48,568 nt of DNA from Candidatus Woesearchaeota archaeon (GTDB lineage Archaea; Nanobdellota; Nanobdellia; Pacearchaeales; GW2011-AR1): NCBI GenBank assembly GCA_964572995.1, contig CAZNIA010000002.1, positions 1 to 48,568 of the forward strand, written 5' to 3'. The translations under genes and the position numbers were made by a program. Numbering within the stretch: the first letter of the stretch is position 1; each line of letters opens with the position of its first letter. This document shows positions 1 to 8,885 of the stretch, one piece after another. The notes under the pieces were generated by a model that worked only from the letters and a program-made list of their open reading frames with translations, did no database searches and was not told the DNA's origin.

Positions 1-18
1 CCTTAAAAAGTTAAATTC

Positions 19-846
19 TTGTTTATTTTTATGTTTATAGTAAAAGTTCCAGGAATAAATAGTTTAGGAAAAACAAATGGATGTGAAACAGCAGGAAATG
101 AGATTTTAAGATTTCTTAAAGAAGATATTCATTGTAATGAATCTGGGAAGGATGTTGATTTGGCTAAAGAAGATTTAGAAGAAATACATTTAGATAATTC
201 TGATTTTTACTTAACTAATAAGCTTATTTATAAAAATGCCTTTGAAACATTTGAAGCAAAACCAAAAAGTGTTTTCTTAGGAGGAGATCATTCTATAAGT
301 TACTCTCTTTGCAAGGCTTTTTTAGATTGTTCAAATGAAAATGGTAAAGAACCTTGTTTAATTATTTTTGATGCTCATCCTGATTGTAAGCTTTATAATA
401 AAAAAGAAGAGGTTTTTCCAGATAATAAAAATTGGTTAAGGAAATTAATAGAACAAGGGTTTCCAACAAAGAATATTCTTCTTATTGGGGTTAGAAATTT
501 GGATAAAGATGAGAAGGAATTTTTAAAAAGTAATCAAATTAGAAGCATCTCTATTAATTCCCTTCTTGAGAATATAGAAGAAACATGCGAAATAATTATG
601 GAATTTTCAGATAGAAAAGAGTTATACCTTTCTTTGGATATGGATGTTGTTGATCCTGTTTTTGCTCCTGGGACAGAGCTTCAAGAAACAGGAGGATTAA
701 CCAGCAGAGAATTGATTTATTTAATTCAAAGATTAAATAAAATTAAAAATCTCAGAGCAATAGATTTAGTAGAGATAAATCCATTGAAAGATAAAGAAAA
801 TTTAACCATTCGTCTTGGAGCAAAAATATTATCTGAATTGATTTAA
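19..846 (+). CDS. arginase/agmatinase-family ureohydrolase
   Basis: Arginase-fold metal-binding motifs occur in the expected order: GGDHSISY, DAHPD, SLDMDVVDP. The start is uncertain (ATG at 19 or 31). Confidence 0.75.
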   Translation: MFIFMFIVKVPGINSLGKTNGCETAGNEILRFLKEDIHCNESGKDVDLAKEDLEEIHLDNSDFYLTNKLIYKNAFETFEAKPKSVFLGGDHSISYSLCKAFLDCSNENGKEPCLIIFDAHPDCKLYNKKEEVFPDNKNWLRKLIEQGFPTKNILLIGVRNLDKDEKEFLKSNQIRSISINSLLENIEETCEIIMEFSDRKELYLSLDMDVVDPVFAPGTELQETGGLTSRELIYLIQRLNKIKNLRAIDLVEINPLKDKENLTIRLGAKILSELI

Positions 847-852
847 AATGAT

Positions 853-1557
853 TTAATATTCTCTTTCAATTATCTCTCTCATCTGCCCCGCTTTTACTCC
901 TAAAATTTTTTCTAGTTCTTCTGTTGGTGCAATCATTATATTTTGTATTGAACCAAATTTTTCTAATAGTGCCTTTGCTTTTTTTGGACCAACTCCTGGA
1001 AATCCTTCAATTATAAATTGCAATTGATCTCTTTTGTTTAGAGTTTTCTTTTTTGCATTTAAATTTATTTCTTTTTCTCTTTTTTTAGAAAGTACTGCTA
1101 TAAATTTTGCAGTGTCTTCTGAGTTTTTTGAAAAGATTAAAGGTATTTTATGTTTAAGAGTTATTGAAAGTAAAAATCCCCTTATTGCATTTGGATTTAT
1201 GCTGTAGTTTTCATCAACATATAATTCTTTTTCAGAGATTCCTTCTATTATAATAAGTTTATTTTCATACTGCTTTATTTCTTCAATTTGTTTTAGAAGC
1301 CTTTGATTTATCATGGAGGAAATAAAATCAGAGACTGTTTTTCTTTCTATTATCACATCTTTTACTATGTAATCTCCTATCTTTAATTCCTTGAATTCAA
1401 TTTCTAAACCTTCCTTTAAAAGATAAGACGCAACAAGGGAATTTTTTTCTCTGTAATCTATTATTATCTTTTCTGGCTTATTTTCTTTGATTTTTTCTTT
1501 TACTTTTCTATTTTTGGAAAAGATGTCTAGAAGCATAGGGGATTTTATTGTTTTCAT
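853..1557 (-). CDS. xpf: XPF/Hef-type ERCC4 nuclease with C-terminal (HhH)2
   Basis: ERCC4 signature GDY...ERKTVSDFISS. C-terminal helix-hairpin-helix GFPGVGPKKAKALLEKFGS. The ATG overlaps the stop of the upstream helicase gene (ATGA). Confidence 0.8.
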   Translation of the reverse strand: MKTIKSPMLLDIFSKNRKVKEKIKENKPEKIIIDYREKNSLVASYLLKEGLEIEFKELKIGDYIVKDVIIERKTVSDFISSMINQRLLKQIEEIKQYENKLIIIEGISEKELYVDENYSINPNAIRGFLLSITLKHKIPLIFSKNSEDTAKFIAVLSKKREKEINLNAKKKTLNKRDQLQFIIEGFPGVGPKKAKALLEKFGSIQNIMIAPTEELEKILGVKAGQMREIIEREY

Positions 1558-3110
1558 TCTAATTTTTTTTGAATTTCTATTTTAGTTGAATCTTTTTTAG
1601 ATAAATCCTCTTTTATGCTTTCTATAGCTGTTTTCATTTTTTTCTCTCTGGATCTGGAGACGTAAAAGAAAGCTTCATCGCGTGTCTTTTTTGTTATCAG
1701 CATTATTAATTTACCTTTCATTAACCTGGCTGTCCTTCCTGCTCTTTGTATTGTTCTTATTGCAGAGGGTATTGGTTCATAAAATACAACTATATTCACT
1801 TCTGGGATATCTAATCCTTCTTCAGCAATGCATGTTGCACAGAGCACATTAATTTTCCCTTCTGAAAATTCTTCAATTACTTTCTTTTGTTGTTTTTGAT
1901 TTAATCCTTCTGTTCCGTCTTTTTTTGCCTGTCCGATAAATATTCTGGATTTTATTCCTTGAAGTTCATTTATTCTTTTTGAGATGTTTGAAGCAGTTTC
2001 CCTAAATTGAGTAAATATAATCATCTTTAGATTTTGATTAGATTGTTTTTCTTTTTTTATTAGCTCTATTATTTCTTGCATCTTGGGGTGCTCAAAATTT
2101 TTTGCTAATAGTTCGTTAGCTTGAGAATAAACAAAATTGAACTCTGGCTTAGAAACTAATTTTATTACTCCTTTACTTTGTTTTTTGGATGCTTGATCAA
2201 AAAGACTTTTAAGATATTTGTAGAATCCTTCTAGGGTTTGGGTTTCAAGTAATTCTAAGGCATGTTGGATTTTAACTGCTTGTGCACATGCACTTGCACC
2301 TTGCATGTAATTGAAGTTTTTATGATTAGACATAATTGTTGCAGATATTTTTTTCTGAAGATTTATTAAATCTGTTTTAGATGCTGGTCCAAAAAGAACT
2401 TTTCTTTCTCTTAGTTCTGATACATAGTCATTGAATAATTTTAAAAGTACATGTCTCATATCTTCAAACTCAGGAGGAAAGTCCACCATTATTTTTTCGA
2501 ATTCTAACTCTTGTAAATGCTGTTTCACATCTGTACTCTCCCTTGTCCTTAGTTCAACTTCTTCTATTGAGAGATTTTTACAAATTTCTTTTATTTTAGC
2601 TTTTTCGCTCCCAGGAGAAGCAGTTAAACCAATTATTCTGGGATTATTCGCTTGATTTTGATATTCTTCTGCAATGTATCTATAATCATAGTTTTTTATA
2701 CATCTATGTGCTTCATCTTCTATTAAAAGACATACATCTTTTAGAGAATACATTCTTTTTTTTAAATCGTTTGCGATACATTGAGGAGTTGAGAAAATAA
2801 TATCTGCTGTTTGCCATATTTTTTTTCTGTTTTCTGCATTAACACTTCCTGTAAATAGCTGCATCTCTCCAAATAGTTCTGGAAGATTTTTTTTGAAATA
2901 TTTAATGTGTTGTTCTGCCAGGGGTTTTGTTGGAGCAAGAAATAAAACTTTTTCTCCTGGGAATTTTTGCATTCTTTCTATTGTTAACATTAAAGCTATG
3001 AGTGTTTTTCCTAATCCTGTTGGCAAAACAACCAGGCAATTTTTTTCTTTACAAGTTTCAAATATCTCCTGTTGATAATTTCTAGGGTTTATTTTTTCTA
3101 AAAATTCCAT
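1554..3110 (-). CDS. hef: Hef/FANCM-type SF2 DEAH helicase (helicase part only)
   Basis: Helicase motifs LPTGLGKT (I), DEAH (II), LTASPG (III), EEGLDIPEV (V), QRAGRTAR (VI). An inserted helical domain lies between the two RecA lobes, as in Hef. Confidence 0.8.
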   Translation of the reverse strand: MEFLEKINPRNYQQEIFETCKEKNCLVVLPTGLGKTLIALMLTIERMQKFPGEKVLFLAPTKPLAEQHIKYFKKNLPELFGEMQLFTGSVNAENRKKIWQTADIIFSTPQCIANDLKKRMYSLKDVCLLIEDEAHRCIKNYDYRYIAEEYQNQANNPRIIGLTASPGSEKAKIKEICKNLSIEEVELRTRESTDVKQHLQELEFEKIMVDFPPEFEDMRHVLLKLFNDYVSELRERKVLFGPASKTDLINLQKKISATIMSNHKNFNYMQGASACAQAVKIQHALELLETQTLEGFYKYLKSLFDQASKKQSKGVIKLVSKPEFNFVYSQANELLAKNFEHPKMQEIIELIKKEKQSNQNLKMIIFTQFRETASNISKRINELQGIKSRIFIGQAKKDGTEGLNQKQQKKVIEEFSEGKINVLCATCIAEEGLDIPEVNIVVFYEPIPSAIRTIQRAGRTARLMKGKLIMLITKKTRDEAFFYVSRSREKKMKTAIESIKEDLSKKDSTKIEIQKKLE

Positions 3111-3159
3111 TTAATTTTTTAATTCTCTTTATTTTTATAAGTTGTTCTTTTTAATATTT

Positions 3160-3813
3160 TTAAACAAGCAAGAAAGTGTAACCCAAGCCAATTAATGTAA
3201 TTATTGCAAGGAAACTCCAAAGGACTAAATTTCCAAAGAAGATTTTATTTCCATCTAAATCAGAAATAGGGATCATATTAAAAAATGCAAACCAAATATT
3301 TAGTTTTGCAAAAATTATTCCAAATTCCCCCCCAATTATATAAAATATAAACGCGAGTAAAAGATTCATAACAATTCCCACAGCAGCTATCCTTCCTATG
3401 TGCTCTTCAGTCATTTCAGAAAAGGAATAAATTCCATGTCTTTTTGCAGCACGATATGCCTTTGCCTTTACATCAAAAACAATTGATGCCATCCAAACAA
3501 ATCCATTTAAACCAAAAAAGAATATCTTTGAAATCAGAGGCATAAATGCTCCAATTGGGAATGAGTTTTTGAATTTGTCTCCTGTCTTAAATCCAAATCT
3601 TTTTATTTCCCAGAGTTTTATTTCAACTTCTGATTCTAAGAAATAAGCAGTGATTTTCTTAGCTAAAATATTAATCACTAAAATAAGAAAGACTCCTAGC
3701 AAGGAAAACAATAAAAGGGTTAGATCGAGAGTAATTGCTTTTGTAAGGGCTATAGAAAATGCAGTAATTACTGTTACAAGAATTATAATTGCAAGTTCTT
3801 TTCCTTTTGCCAT
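3160..3813 (-). CDS. polytopic membrane protein with a site-2-protease-like C-terminal motif but no HExxH
   Basis: Several hydrophobic helices. FNMIPISDLDGNK resembles the M50 NxxPxxxLDG motif. No HExxH is visible. I prefer the ATG at 3813 (MAKGKEL) because the longer track ORF (to 4020) overlaps the PRC-barrel gene and its promoter. Confidence 0.4.
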   Translation of the reverse strand: MAKGKELAIIILVTVITAFSIALTKAITLDLTLLLFSLLGVFLILVINILAKKITAYFLESEVEIKLWEIKRFGFKTGDKFKNSFPIGAFMPLISKIFFFGLNGFVWMASIVFDVKAKAYRAAKRHGIYSFSEMTEEHIGRIAAVGIVMNLLLAFIFYIIGGEFGIIFAKLNIWFAFFNMIPISDLDGNKIFFGNLVLWSFLAIITLIGLGYTFLLV

Positions 3814-3919
3814 GCTTTCTAGAAGATATTTTTTTTTATAAATCTTATGTATCCTGTCTTCTTCGAAATATTTTATGAAGCATGGAAAAGTATTTAAATA
3901 AAGTATTGCATTTGCTAGT

Positions 3920-4189
3920 ATGAAAATCAAAAAAGTTTCAGAGGTTTTGGGGAAGAGAGTATTTACTGATTCGGGGGAATTCTTCGGAGAAGTTGAAGAA
4001 GCAAATCTTTTTGAAAACAAAATTGATGGATGGAGAATAAGAGTAGGAGGAAATGTTCTTTCTTTGATGGGGGGAGCAAGAGGAGTTATAATACCTCATC
4101 AATTTGTTAAGTCTATTAGTGATGTTTTCATAATAAGTAAATCAGCTTTACCAAGCCAAGATACAGGGTTTGAAGAAGTTGCAGACTAA
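3920..4189 (+). CDS. PRC-barrel domain protein
   Basis: 89 aa. VSEVLGKRVFTDSGEFFGEVEEANLFENKIDGWRIRV fits the PRC-barrel pattern (L-G-K-x-V-x-D-x-G-x-x-G-x-V-x-D...). Confidence 0.6.
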   Translation: MKIKKVSEVLGKRVFTDSGEFFGEVEEANLFENKIDGWRIRVGGNVLSLMGGARGVIIPHQFVKSISDVFIISKSALPSQDTGFEEVAD

Positions 4190-4207
4190 AAGGAGTGAAA
4201 AGAGGTA

Positions 4208-4726
4208 ATGGCAGAAGAAGTAACTTTTTTGCAAAGTCCACTTTTAACTAATTTCGTATATCCTTTTTTACTTATTTTCTTTATACTTTTTGCAGTTCTT
4301 GAAAAATCAAAATTATTCGGGGATAAAAAAACCCAGATTAATGCTTTAATCTCATTTATAATTAGTTTTATTTTTGTCTCTGCTGTATTCCCTAAGGAAA
4401 TGGCAGGTAACTTAATGCTTTTCCTTTCTATAGCATTAGTTGTTATTTTTGTTGTTTTGGTTTTATGGGGATTTATTATGGGAGAGAATGGACTAAAGAT
4501 ATTTGAAAATTCTCCTAAGGGACTTAAATGGGCAATAGGAATATTTATTTTAATTGCAGTAATTTTTGCAGTTCTTTGGGCAGGAGGAGTAGATACATCA
4601 GGATTTTTTGATGATTTGTTTAATTCTTCCTGGAGCAGTAAGTTTTGGAATAATGTTGTATTCATAGTTTTAGTTGCTGTTGCTTTGGCAGTTATGATTG
4701 CTACAGGCAAATCAAAAAGCAGTTAG
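4208..4726 (+). CDS. integral membrane protein, tandem paralogue 1 (172 aa)
   Basis: 4-5 hydrophobic helices. An AAGGAG lies upstream. Same length and similar N-terminus as the next gene (YPFLLIFFILFAVL vs ILPFLLIFAIIYSVL). Confidence 0.6.
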   Translation: MAEEVTFLQSPLLTNFVYPFLLIFFILFAVLEKSKLFGDKKTQINALISFIISFIFVSAVFPKEMAGNLMLFLSIALVVIFVVLVLWGFIMGENGLKIFENSPKGLKWAIGIFILIAVIFAVLWAGGVDTSGFFDDLFNSSWSSKFWNNVVFIVLVAVALAVMIATGKSKSS

Positions 4727-4760
4727 AAACATATTTAAATCAAAATAAATTCAATATAAA

Positions 4761-5279
4761 ATGGCAGGTGAAATATTTGCAAGATTGGAAGCTATGGGGC
4801 TTTTTGAATATATATTACCTTTTCTTTTAATTTTTGCAATAATTTATTCTGTTTTGTCTTTTGTTAATATTTTCAAAAACAATAAAGCAGTGAATGCTGT
4901 TATTTCTTTGGCTGTAGCATTAATGGCATTGCAATTTGATCTTGTTTCTTATTTCTTTGCAGATATTTTTCCTAGATTAGGTATTGCACTTTCAATAATC
5001 TTGGTCTTACTCATATTAGGTGGAATGTTCTTGGATTGGGATAATAAAGGAATGAAGTGGTTCTTATTTATTGTGGTTGCAGTAACTGTGATTGCTGTTG
5101 CTTGGGGACCATTAAGAAATATTGGATTGTTTAGTGGAATTTCTTTTAATTTCCTTGGTGCAGATATGCTTAGTTTAGGAGTAATTGTTTTAGTAGTAAT
5201 AGGCTTTTTCTGGATAATTTTTAATGGAAGTGGAAAAGTGAATATAGGTGATGCTCCTGTTAGAAATCCTACAAGATAA
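4761..5279 (+). CDS. integral membrane protein, tandem paralogue 2 (172 aa)
   Basis: Same length and hydrophobicity layout as 4208..4726, with recognisable sequence similarity in helix 1 and the following loop. Confidence 0.6.
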   Translation: MAGEIFARLEAMGLFEYILPFLLIFAIIYSVLSFVNIFKNNKAVNAVISLAVALMALQFDLVSYFFADIFPRLGIALSIILVLLILGGMFLDWDNKGMKWFLFIVVAVTVIAVAWGPLRNIGLFSGISFNFLGADMLSLGVIVLVVIGFFWIIFNGSGKVNIGDAPVRNPTR

Positions 5280-5337
5280 TTTTACTTTTAATTTTATTGC
5301 TAGTTTTAATAATTTATTTTAATTTATCTAAGAAATT

Positions 5338-6069
5338 TTATCTTCTTCCTTTTGGAGTCTTTTTTTCTTCAGCTCTTTCATGTAAAACCGGAACCATCTT
5401 TTCAAAAGATTCTTGCATCATGCCCATTTCGTTTTTTATAGAATTTAAGTCTTTTCCGTAAGAACCGATTTTTTCAATTATAGCTATTTGCAATTTATCT
5501 ATTACAGATTCTATACGTTTTATTCTTTCATGGTCATTGGTTATTCTTGTTTCAACAAGAGTTGCAAATTCATTAAGGGCATTTATTTGTTTTTGTTCTT
5601 TTTTTATTTTTTCAGAGAATACTTGTTCGGCTATTTCAATTATAGTATCTGTATCATATGCTCCTCCTTGCATTTGTGATTCAGAATAACCTTCTTGAGG
5701 TATGTACTGTTCCTGACCGTATTCTGTGTTGTACATCTGATTTTGCATATTTTCATCAAATTGTTGCATTTGAGGTGCCATTGGTTGAGGAGAATAAAAC
5801 TCTCTGGAATCATGTTCTATCTCTTGAGTTTTCGGAGTGTATAAAGGAGAGGATTGAGGTGCAGGAGGAGCAGGGGGATTTTTCATTATTGAAGGTTCCA
5901 TGTTTTCTTCTCCGGCGTACTCAGCAGAAATAGCGTTTTTTATTCTTATTTGATTAAATGCATCTTCAATTGCTTTCGGAGAAACGCCTTTTTCTTTTAG
6001 ATTTTTAGCTATCTCGCTATCTTCCATTCCCTGCGCTTTCATATTGTTTATATCTTCTAATGTTCCCAT
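5338..6069 (-). CDS. hypothetical protein: small helical N-domain, P/Q-rich linker, C-terminal coiled coil
   Basis: Long ORF. The middle is low-complexity (PPAPPAPQSSP, QPMAPQMQQ). The C-terminal ~100 aa show a heptad-like pattern. Confidence 0.55.
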   Translation of the reverse strand: MGTLEDINNMKAQGMEDSEIAKNLKEKGVSPKAIEDAFNQIRIKNAISAEYAGEENMEPSIMKNPPAPPAPQSSPLYTPKTQEIEHDSREFYSPQPMAPQMQQFDENMQNQMYNTEYGQEQYIPQEGYSESQMQGGAYDTDTIIEIAEQVFSEKIKKEQKQINALNEFATLVETRITNDHERIKRIESVIDKLQIAIIEKIGSYGKDLNSIKNEMGMMQESFEKMVPVLHERAEEKKTPKGRR

Positions 6070-6084
6070 TTTTTATTTAATGTT

Positions 6085-6429
6085 TTAGTTGTTTTTTAAT
6101 TTTTCTAAATCTGCCTTTGTTACAAACTCTAGTGGTTGAAACATTTTAGCTTGTTTTGAAAGTATCTCAACTTCCTCCTTTTTTGCAAATTTTGAAAATT
6201 CTGAAGATGCACTTTCAAAAAAAGATTTTAATCTTTCTGTGTCTCTTTTTAAAATTTCTATTTCTTTTTTTATACTCAAGAAAACAGAATGCACTTCTTC
6301 TTTCATTTCTATAAGATTCTGTCCAATTAGCAAAACTCTGTCTTTTATTATTCTTTGTTTATCTTCCAAATCTCTTATTTTTGTGCTTATCTCTGTAAAA
6401 TACTGGTTTTCATACTCCTCTTCAACCAT
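6085..6429 (-). CDS. hypothetical coiled-coil protein
   Basis: Heptad-rich 114 aa starting at the ATG at 6429 (MVEEEYENQ). The track start at 6474 is a TTG lying inside the divergent promoter region. Confidence 0.5.
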   Translation of the reverse strand: MVEEEYENQYFTEISTKIRDLEDKQRIIKDRVLLIGQNLIEMKEEVHSVFLSIKKEIEILKRDTERLKSFFESASSEFSKFAKKEEVEILSKQAKMFQPLEFVTKADLEKLKNN

Positions 6430-6475
6430 ATTCACTAAATGTAAAGCGAGTTTAAATTTGTTTGGATTATACAAA

Positions 6476-6485
6476 ATATTTTAAA
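6476..6485 (+). promoter_or_regulatory. TATA-box-like element for the filament ATPase gene
   Basis: AATATTTTAAA is centred about 27 nt upstream of the ATG at 6507. This spacing fits a leaderless archaeal transcript. Confidence 0.35.
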
Positions 6486-6506
6486 CTCCAAACTATTTTT
6501 TTGATT

Positions 6507-8795
6507 ATGCAATTTGAAAAAGGTGAAGCACTTTATTCTCATGAAGTTAAGAGAGAAGGGGGAGAGGATGTCTTATATATCAATTATATGGGGGCTCCTT
6601 ATGTTCCTAGTCTTTCAGAGCATCCTGAAGTTATGGAGAGGACAATTGACTCTTTGATTGAAAATCCTAATGCATCCAGGATTGTTTTTGTTCAACAAAA
6701 AAATTACAATTATGATTTTAGGGAAACAGGTTATCTTTTAGAAATAGCTCAGCTGTATGTTTTTCTCATTAAACAGGAGAGAGTCTTAAGTCAAGAGAAA
6801 TTGATAACTTCTAATTCAGAATTTTTTCCTAAAAGATATAATGAAGTTTTTTCTTTTTTATATCTTCTTAAGAAAGATCCGTTTGCAGCATATTTTCATC
6901 TTAGAAAAATTTTACTTGAAGCTAAAATTCTTGCAGATAAATTTACAGGTATTCTTAGATTGGATCAGAAAAATTATATTTCTCTTATAGAGAAAATTTT
7001 GGAGATGTTTTCTAAATCAAAACTTATTCAGTCATTTCAACAGTTTGTTAAAGACTATAGAAGAGGCGACAGAGAGATTTACAATAATTTTTTTAGTCCA
7101 GATGTTATAGCTAATTTTACATTTACCAGATTAGTTTCAGATTTACCTTCTGACGCAGAAATAATTTCACAATATAAAATTTCAAATGGAGAACATGATG
7201 AGTCCTTTGTAACTATTTTAAGAAGAAAAGATGAAGCTAAATTAATTTATCATCTTGTTCCTCCAGAAAATACTCTTACTGAAGATCAAAGTTCAATTTT
7301 AAATTTAGCAAGAAGTGTTTTAATAGAACATCAACCAAAGGCAGAGGAATTTACAGATACTGAGAGGATAAGACAGGTTTTTATGAATATTGCCCGTGAT
7401 TTAATAAGAGATTTATCCCAGACAAAGGGAGTTAAATTGGATTATTCTTCCCTTAATAAACTTGCCTCCATTTTGGTAAGGCATACTATTGGTTTTGGTG
7501 TTGTTGAGGTATTGCTTCAAGATAAAAATCTTCAAGATATTTCATTGAATGCTCCTATTCCTCAAACTCCTATTTTTGTGAGACACCAGGAATATGACGA
7601 ATGTGTTACAAATATTCTTCCTAGTCAGGAAGATGCAGATTCTTGGGCAGCAAAATTCAGAATGATTTCTGGAAGGCCATTAGATGAGGCAAATCCTATT
7701 TTAGATACTCAGCTTGAGATTGGAAATTTAAGAGCAAGAATTTCAATAGTTCAGCCCCCATTATCTTGTGATGGTTTAGCTTATTCAATAAGAAGACACA
7801 GAGAGAGCCCGTGGACTCTTCCCCTTTTTGTTAATAATAAAATGCTTAATCCTTTTGCAGCAGGACTTTTAAGTTTTTTAATTGATGGTGCAAGAACTTT
7901 GCTTGTTGCAGGAACAAGAAGTTCAGGTAAAACTTCTTTGCTTGGGAGTTTAATGCTTGAAATTGTTCCAAAGCACAGGATAATTGTTATAGAAGATTCT
8001 TTGGAATTGCCTGTTGATTCTTTAAGAAAATTGGGTTATGATATTTTAAGAATGAAAGTGCGTTCTGCTCTTTTGAAAACAACAACAGAAGTTTCTGCTG
8101 ATGATGGTATAAGAACAAGTTTAAGACTTGGAGATAGTTGCTTAATTATTGGAGAAGTGAGAAGCGTTGAGGCTAAAGCTCTTTATGAAGCTATGAGGGT
8201 TGGAGCTCTTGCAAATGTTGTTGCAGGTACAATTCACGGTGCATCCCCCTATGGTGTTTTTGATAGAGTAGTTAATGATTTAGGAGTTCCTATTACTAGT
8301 TTTAAAGCTACAGATTCAATAGTAGTTTGCAATCCAATTAAATCTCCAGATGGATTGCATTCATGGAAGAGATTGATTCAACTTTCTGAAGTAAGAAAAC
8401 ATTGGACTAAAGATCCTCTTGCAGAAAAAGGATTTGTTGATTTAATGAAATATAATATTGAAAAAGACGAAGTTGAGCCAACAGAGGATTTAATAAATGG
8501 AGATAGTGAAATAATAAAAAATGTTGCTTCTAATGTAAAAGGATGGGCAGGAAATTGGGATGCTGTTTATGATAATATTCTTTTAAGGGCTAAAATGAAA
8601 AAAGAGATAGCAGAGGTTTCAAAGAAAATAGAAAACATGGATTTATTGGAGTCTAAATTCAATACATTATCTAATCATGCTTTCCATAGAATTTCAGATG
8701 AAATTATTCAAGAAATTGGTTTGCCTGTTGGAGAAAGAGTTTTCCCGGCATGGCAAGAATGGTTGAATAAAGAAATTAAAAAAAATGTTATTTAA
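6507..8795 (+). CDS. type II/IV secretion (FlaI/PilB/VirB11-type) filament assembly ATPase, oversized
   Basis: Walker A AGTRSSGKTS (nt 7911-7937), Walker B-like RIIVIEDSLE, IGEVRSVEA (Asp/Glu box region) and TIHG (His box). Start set to the ATG at 6507 (MQFEKGE). Confidence 0.8.
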   Translation: MQFEKGEALYSHEVKREGGEDVLYINYMGAPYVPSLSEHPEVMERTIDSLIENPNASRIVFVQQKNYNYDFRETGYLLEIAQLYVFLIKQERVLSQEKLITSNSEFFPKRYNEVFSFLYLLKKDPFAAYFHLRKILLEAKILADKFTGILRLDQKNYISLIEKILEMFSKSKLIQSFQQFVKDYRRGDREIYNNFFSPDVIANFTFTRLVSDLPSDAEIISQYKISNGEHDESFVTILRRKDEAKLIYHLVPPENTLTEDQSSILNLARSVLIEHQPKAEEFTDTERIRQVFMNIARDLIRDLSQTKGVKLDYSSLNKLASILVRHTIGFGVVEVLLQDKNLQDISLNAPIPQTPIFVRHQEYDECVTNILPSQEDADSWAAKFRMISGRPLDEANPILDTQLEIGNLRARISIVQPPLSCDGLAYSIRRHRESPWTLPLFVNNKMLNPFAAGLLSFLIDGARTLLVAGTRSSGKTSLLGSLMLEIVPKHRIIVIEDSLELPVDSLRKLGYDILRMKVRSALLKTTTEVSADDGIRTSLRLGDSCLIIGEVRSVEAKALYEAMRVGALANVVAGTIHGASPYGVFDRVVNDLGVPITSFKATDSIVVCNPIKSPDGLHSWKRLIQLSEVRKHWTKDPLAEKGFVDLMKYNIEKDEVEPTEDLINGDSEIIKNVASNVKGWAGNWDAVYDNILLRAKMKKEIAEVSKKIENMDLLESKFNTLSNHAFHRISDEIIQEIGLPVGERVFPAWQEWLNKEIKKNVI

Positions 8796-8885
8796 TTTTC
8801 TTAATATAAAAATTATGTATTTTTTTAATTCTCCAAAGATTTATTAATTCTTTTTGATTAATGAAATTAAAATAAAGAGGGAATT

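Noticed and set aside
4186-4710. 174-aa minus-strand ORF fully antisense to the membrane-protein gene 4208..4726
   Set aside because: The plus-strand product has a coherent multi-helix membrane profile and a paralogue next door of identical length. The antisense product is a T/K/N-rich string without structure.
6462-6506. Track-suggested extended starts using TTG/GTG or upstream ATG (6462, 4020, 6474, 12033, 15171, 26145, 28217, 28280, 30031, 33838, 39694, 45732, 46129)
   Set aside because: The extensions overlap divergent genes or the TATA-like elements and add non-conserved hydrophobic or odd residues. ATG codons at the canonical protein N-termini sit ~26 nt downstream of TATA-like boxes.
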